Assembly (NCBI GenBank): GCA_964187785.1
Contig: OZ076409.1
Location: 12,960,001-13,024,000 of the forward strand
From: Amphiscolops sp. MND2022
Lineage: Eukaryota
DNA: 64,000 nucleotides
Direction: 5' to 3'
Positions 62,501-64,000 of the stretch are shown piece after piece; the stretch's first letter is position 1, and every line of letters begins with the position of its first letter. Both the position numbers and the translations under genes were made by a program. The notes beneath the pieces were generated by a model, which was given only the letters and a program-made list of their open reading frames with translations, did not search any database and was not told where the DNA came from.

Positions 62501-63400
62501 ATAATTAAGTCGTTTTGCAGAAGAAAATGGAGCCTTGCAGTTTCAACGCTACTGTTTTGTACAAAACCACCATCTTACCCTCACGTTTCTATGCAGAACC
62601 AATATGGCGTGGGACAATTCTCTTACACGCAGTACAGAATAGATTCAAAAAGAGAGTCTTTAGATACTGATTTTTGCCGAATATCGACTCTTGTCAGGTT
62701 CTGCTGGGCACGCCGCCTCTTGATCTTCTGAGTACAGCCTTGAACGTCAAATTTGTCTTGAAACTCAAACTAGAAGACGATTTACCACATTGGACCCAAT
62801 ATGCATCTTCCTATTTTCCGGACAGTGTTGCTAACCTTCTCGAGAGTCATGTTACACGATTCGGAAAGTTTTTGAGAATTCAAAACTGTACGAGATGTAA
62901 GCAGCAAAACGTCAGCCTTTTCAATAACCATCTGTGGAACCTTAGGTGAAAAAATAATGGCATCAAGTCATTTCTGAAGTGTTGCACCAAATTCCACCAA
63001 ATTGTAACACTCTATCGCCCCTTTTCAACCTAGAAATCTATGAAGCCATCAAAACGTTGTGAAATGCTGATTGGTAATTCTTTTGCTTTAGCTGATTACG
63101 CTTGGAAAAATTGACAGACGGTATCTCCGATTTGTCGCTGTGGCAAAAGTGAAGCGACTGAAGAACATTTCTTTTTGGCATGTAGTTTATACCATGACAT
63201 CTGACCTGAATACATTGACTCACTGAATCTCCTAGACCCTGAAGACTGCAATAGCATTGTTGGCTACATCTCACAATCCACGAAGTTACAAGGAATCATA
63301 TAGCTCTCATCATTAAAGACTAACTTAACTTTATCCAACTCGCAATGCTTTCTTTGTACTATTCATACGTTAAACACCCTCCGGCAACTTCGAATCTTTA
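59536..63400 (+). mobile_element. Decayed APE-type LINE (I/Jockey-group-like): ORF1 with CCHC knuckles and ORF2 with endonuclease and RT
   Basis: ORF1 IRC*RCQ*FGH (60241) and CANCSGNH...CP (about 60363). APE motifs GDLYARH..W, GPTF and SGVIDL. RT motifs SYRPLSIASHIGK, KFADD (about 62192) and LGVIIDSKL. Terminal CRCG....EEHFFLAC (about 63134). Many stops and an internal RT deletion; ends approximate. Confidence 0.88.
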
Positions 63401-64000
63401 GAAATATCCTAGAAGAATATATATAATCAGCTGATTCGAGAAAACTCAAAACCGAGTTCGCAAAAGTTGTAACACTAGGTTCTGAACAAAACAGAACTCA
63501 ATAATTTGTGATGGGCTTGTTGAATTAGCTTCGAAGATTGCAGTGATTTCAGACCACACAGGCGAGTGGAATAACACCTCAGAAAAGTAAGTTAGATCAG
63601 CTACTGCGCTTAATTCGCAGAAAGCGTCCTCATACTTACCGTCAATTCAAGACGAGGTTGACATTCGGGCCGAAATTACAATGGCGGTCAAGGTGACAAG
63701 ATTGCTGATTTCACTGTCAACAGCTACAATCTGAAAACTGAAACATCATATGCACAAAGCTCTATTTTCTTTCCCCAACACCGGTTGTGCACGATTGGAT
63801 GGCCTTTCGCCTAACTTTTTTAAAGACCTGTGTTAGCACCAGTCATCAGAAGGCAGAGAAACTTGATTTGGATCATGCTAGTTGAGAAACAATAACTTAA
63901 ACACTTTATAACTTTGATTGAAATTTTGATGAAAATTCAAGGCGACCAAATCGAAAAAACCACCCAGTCGGGATTTTCTCGACAACTATTAGTAGTAGAG

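Noticed and set aside
63675..63705. LTR end plus primer-binding site (TTACA-A-TGGCGGTCAAGG)
   Set aside because: I could not match it to a tRNA 3' end, and no LTR partner or gag ORF is visible in the window.

Overview
This is eukaryotic (metazoan, invertebrate-like) genomic DNA, AT-rich and dense in transposable elements; no CRISPR array, rRNA or operon was seen. One host gene is well supported: a 13-exon minus-strand RIN/sprint-family gene (SH2 + VPS9 + Ras-association domains) at 24227-49581. My hand-built model keeps all splice phases consistent (5223 nt CDS, about 1740 aa). The rest is mostly mobile DNA: a near-identical 4.7 kb tandem duplication (1590-11009) carrying a decayed Gypsy-type gag/protease/RT fragment; a DD37E (TRT-type) Tc1/mariner element; a hAT transposase remnant; about a dozen copies of a Helentron-associated (HINE/DINE-1-like) non-autonomous family plus a second HINE family nested in one copy; hAT- and Mutator-type MITEs with visible TSDs; two tail-to-tail CRE-clade (RLE) non-LTR retrotransposons; a decayed APE-type LINE; and tRNA-derived remnants. 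The most unusual observations are a structured cassette shared by three elements with unrelated termini, covarying HINE 3' hairpins, a tandem duplication that starts at a HINE terminus, a Glu at the VPS9 catalytic Asp position, a strong GTT bias at splice donors, and an orphan SGNH-like ORF restored by removing one insertion. All family calls are from motif recognition by eye; no database searches were run, and I cannot say which of these are undescribed.
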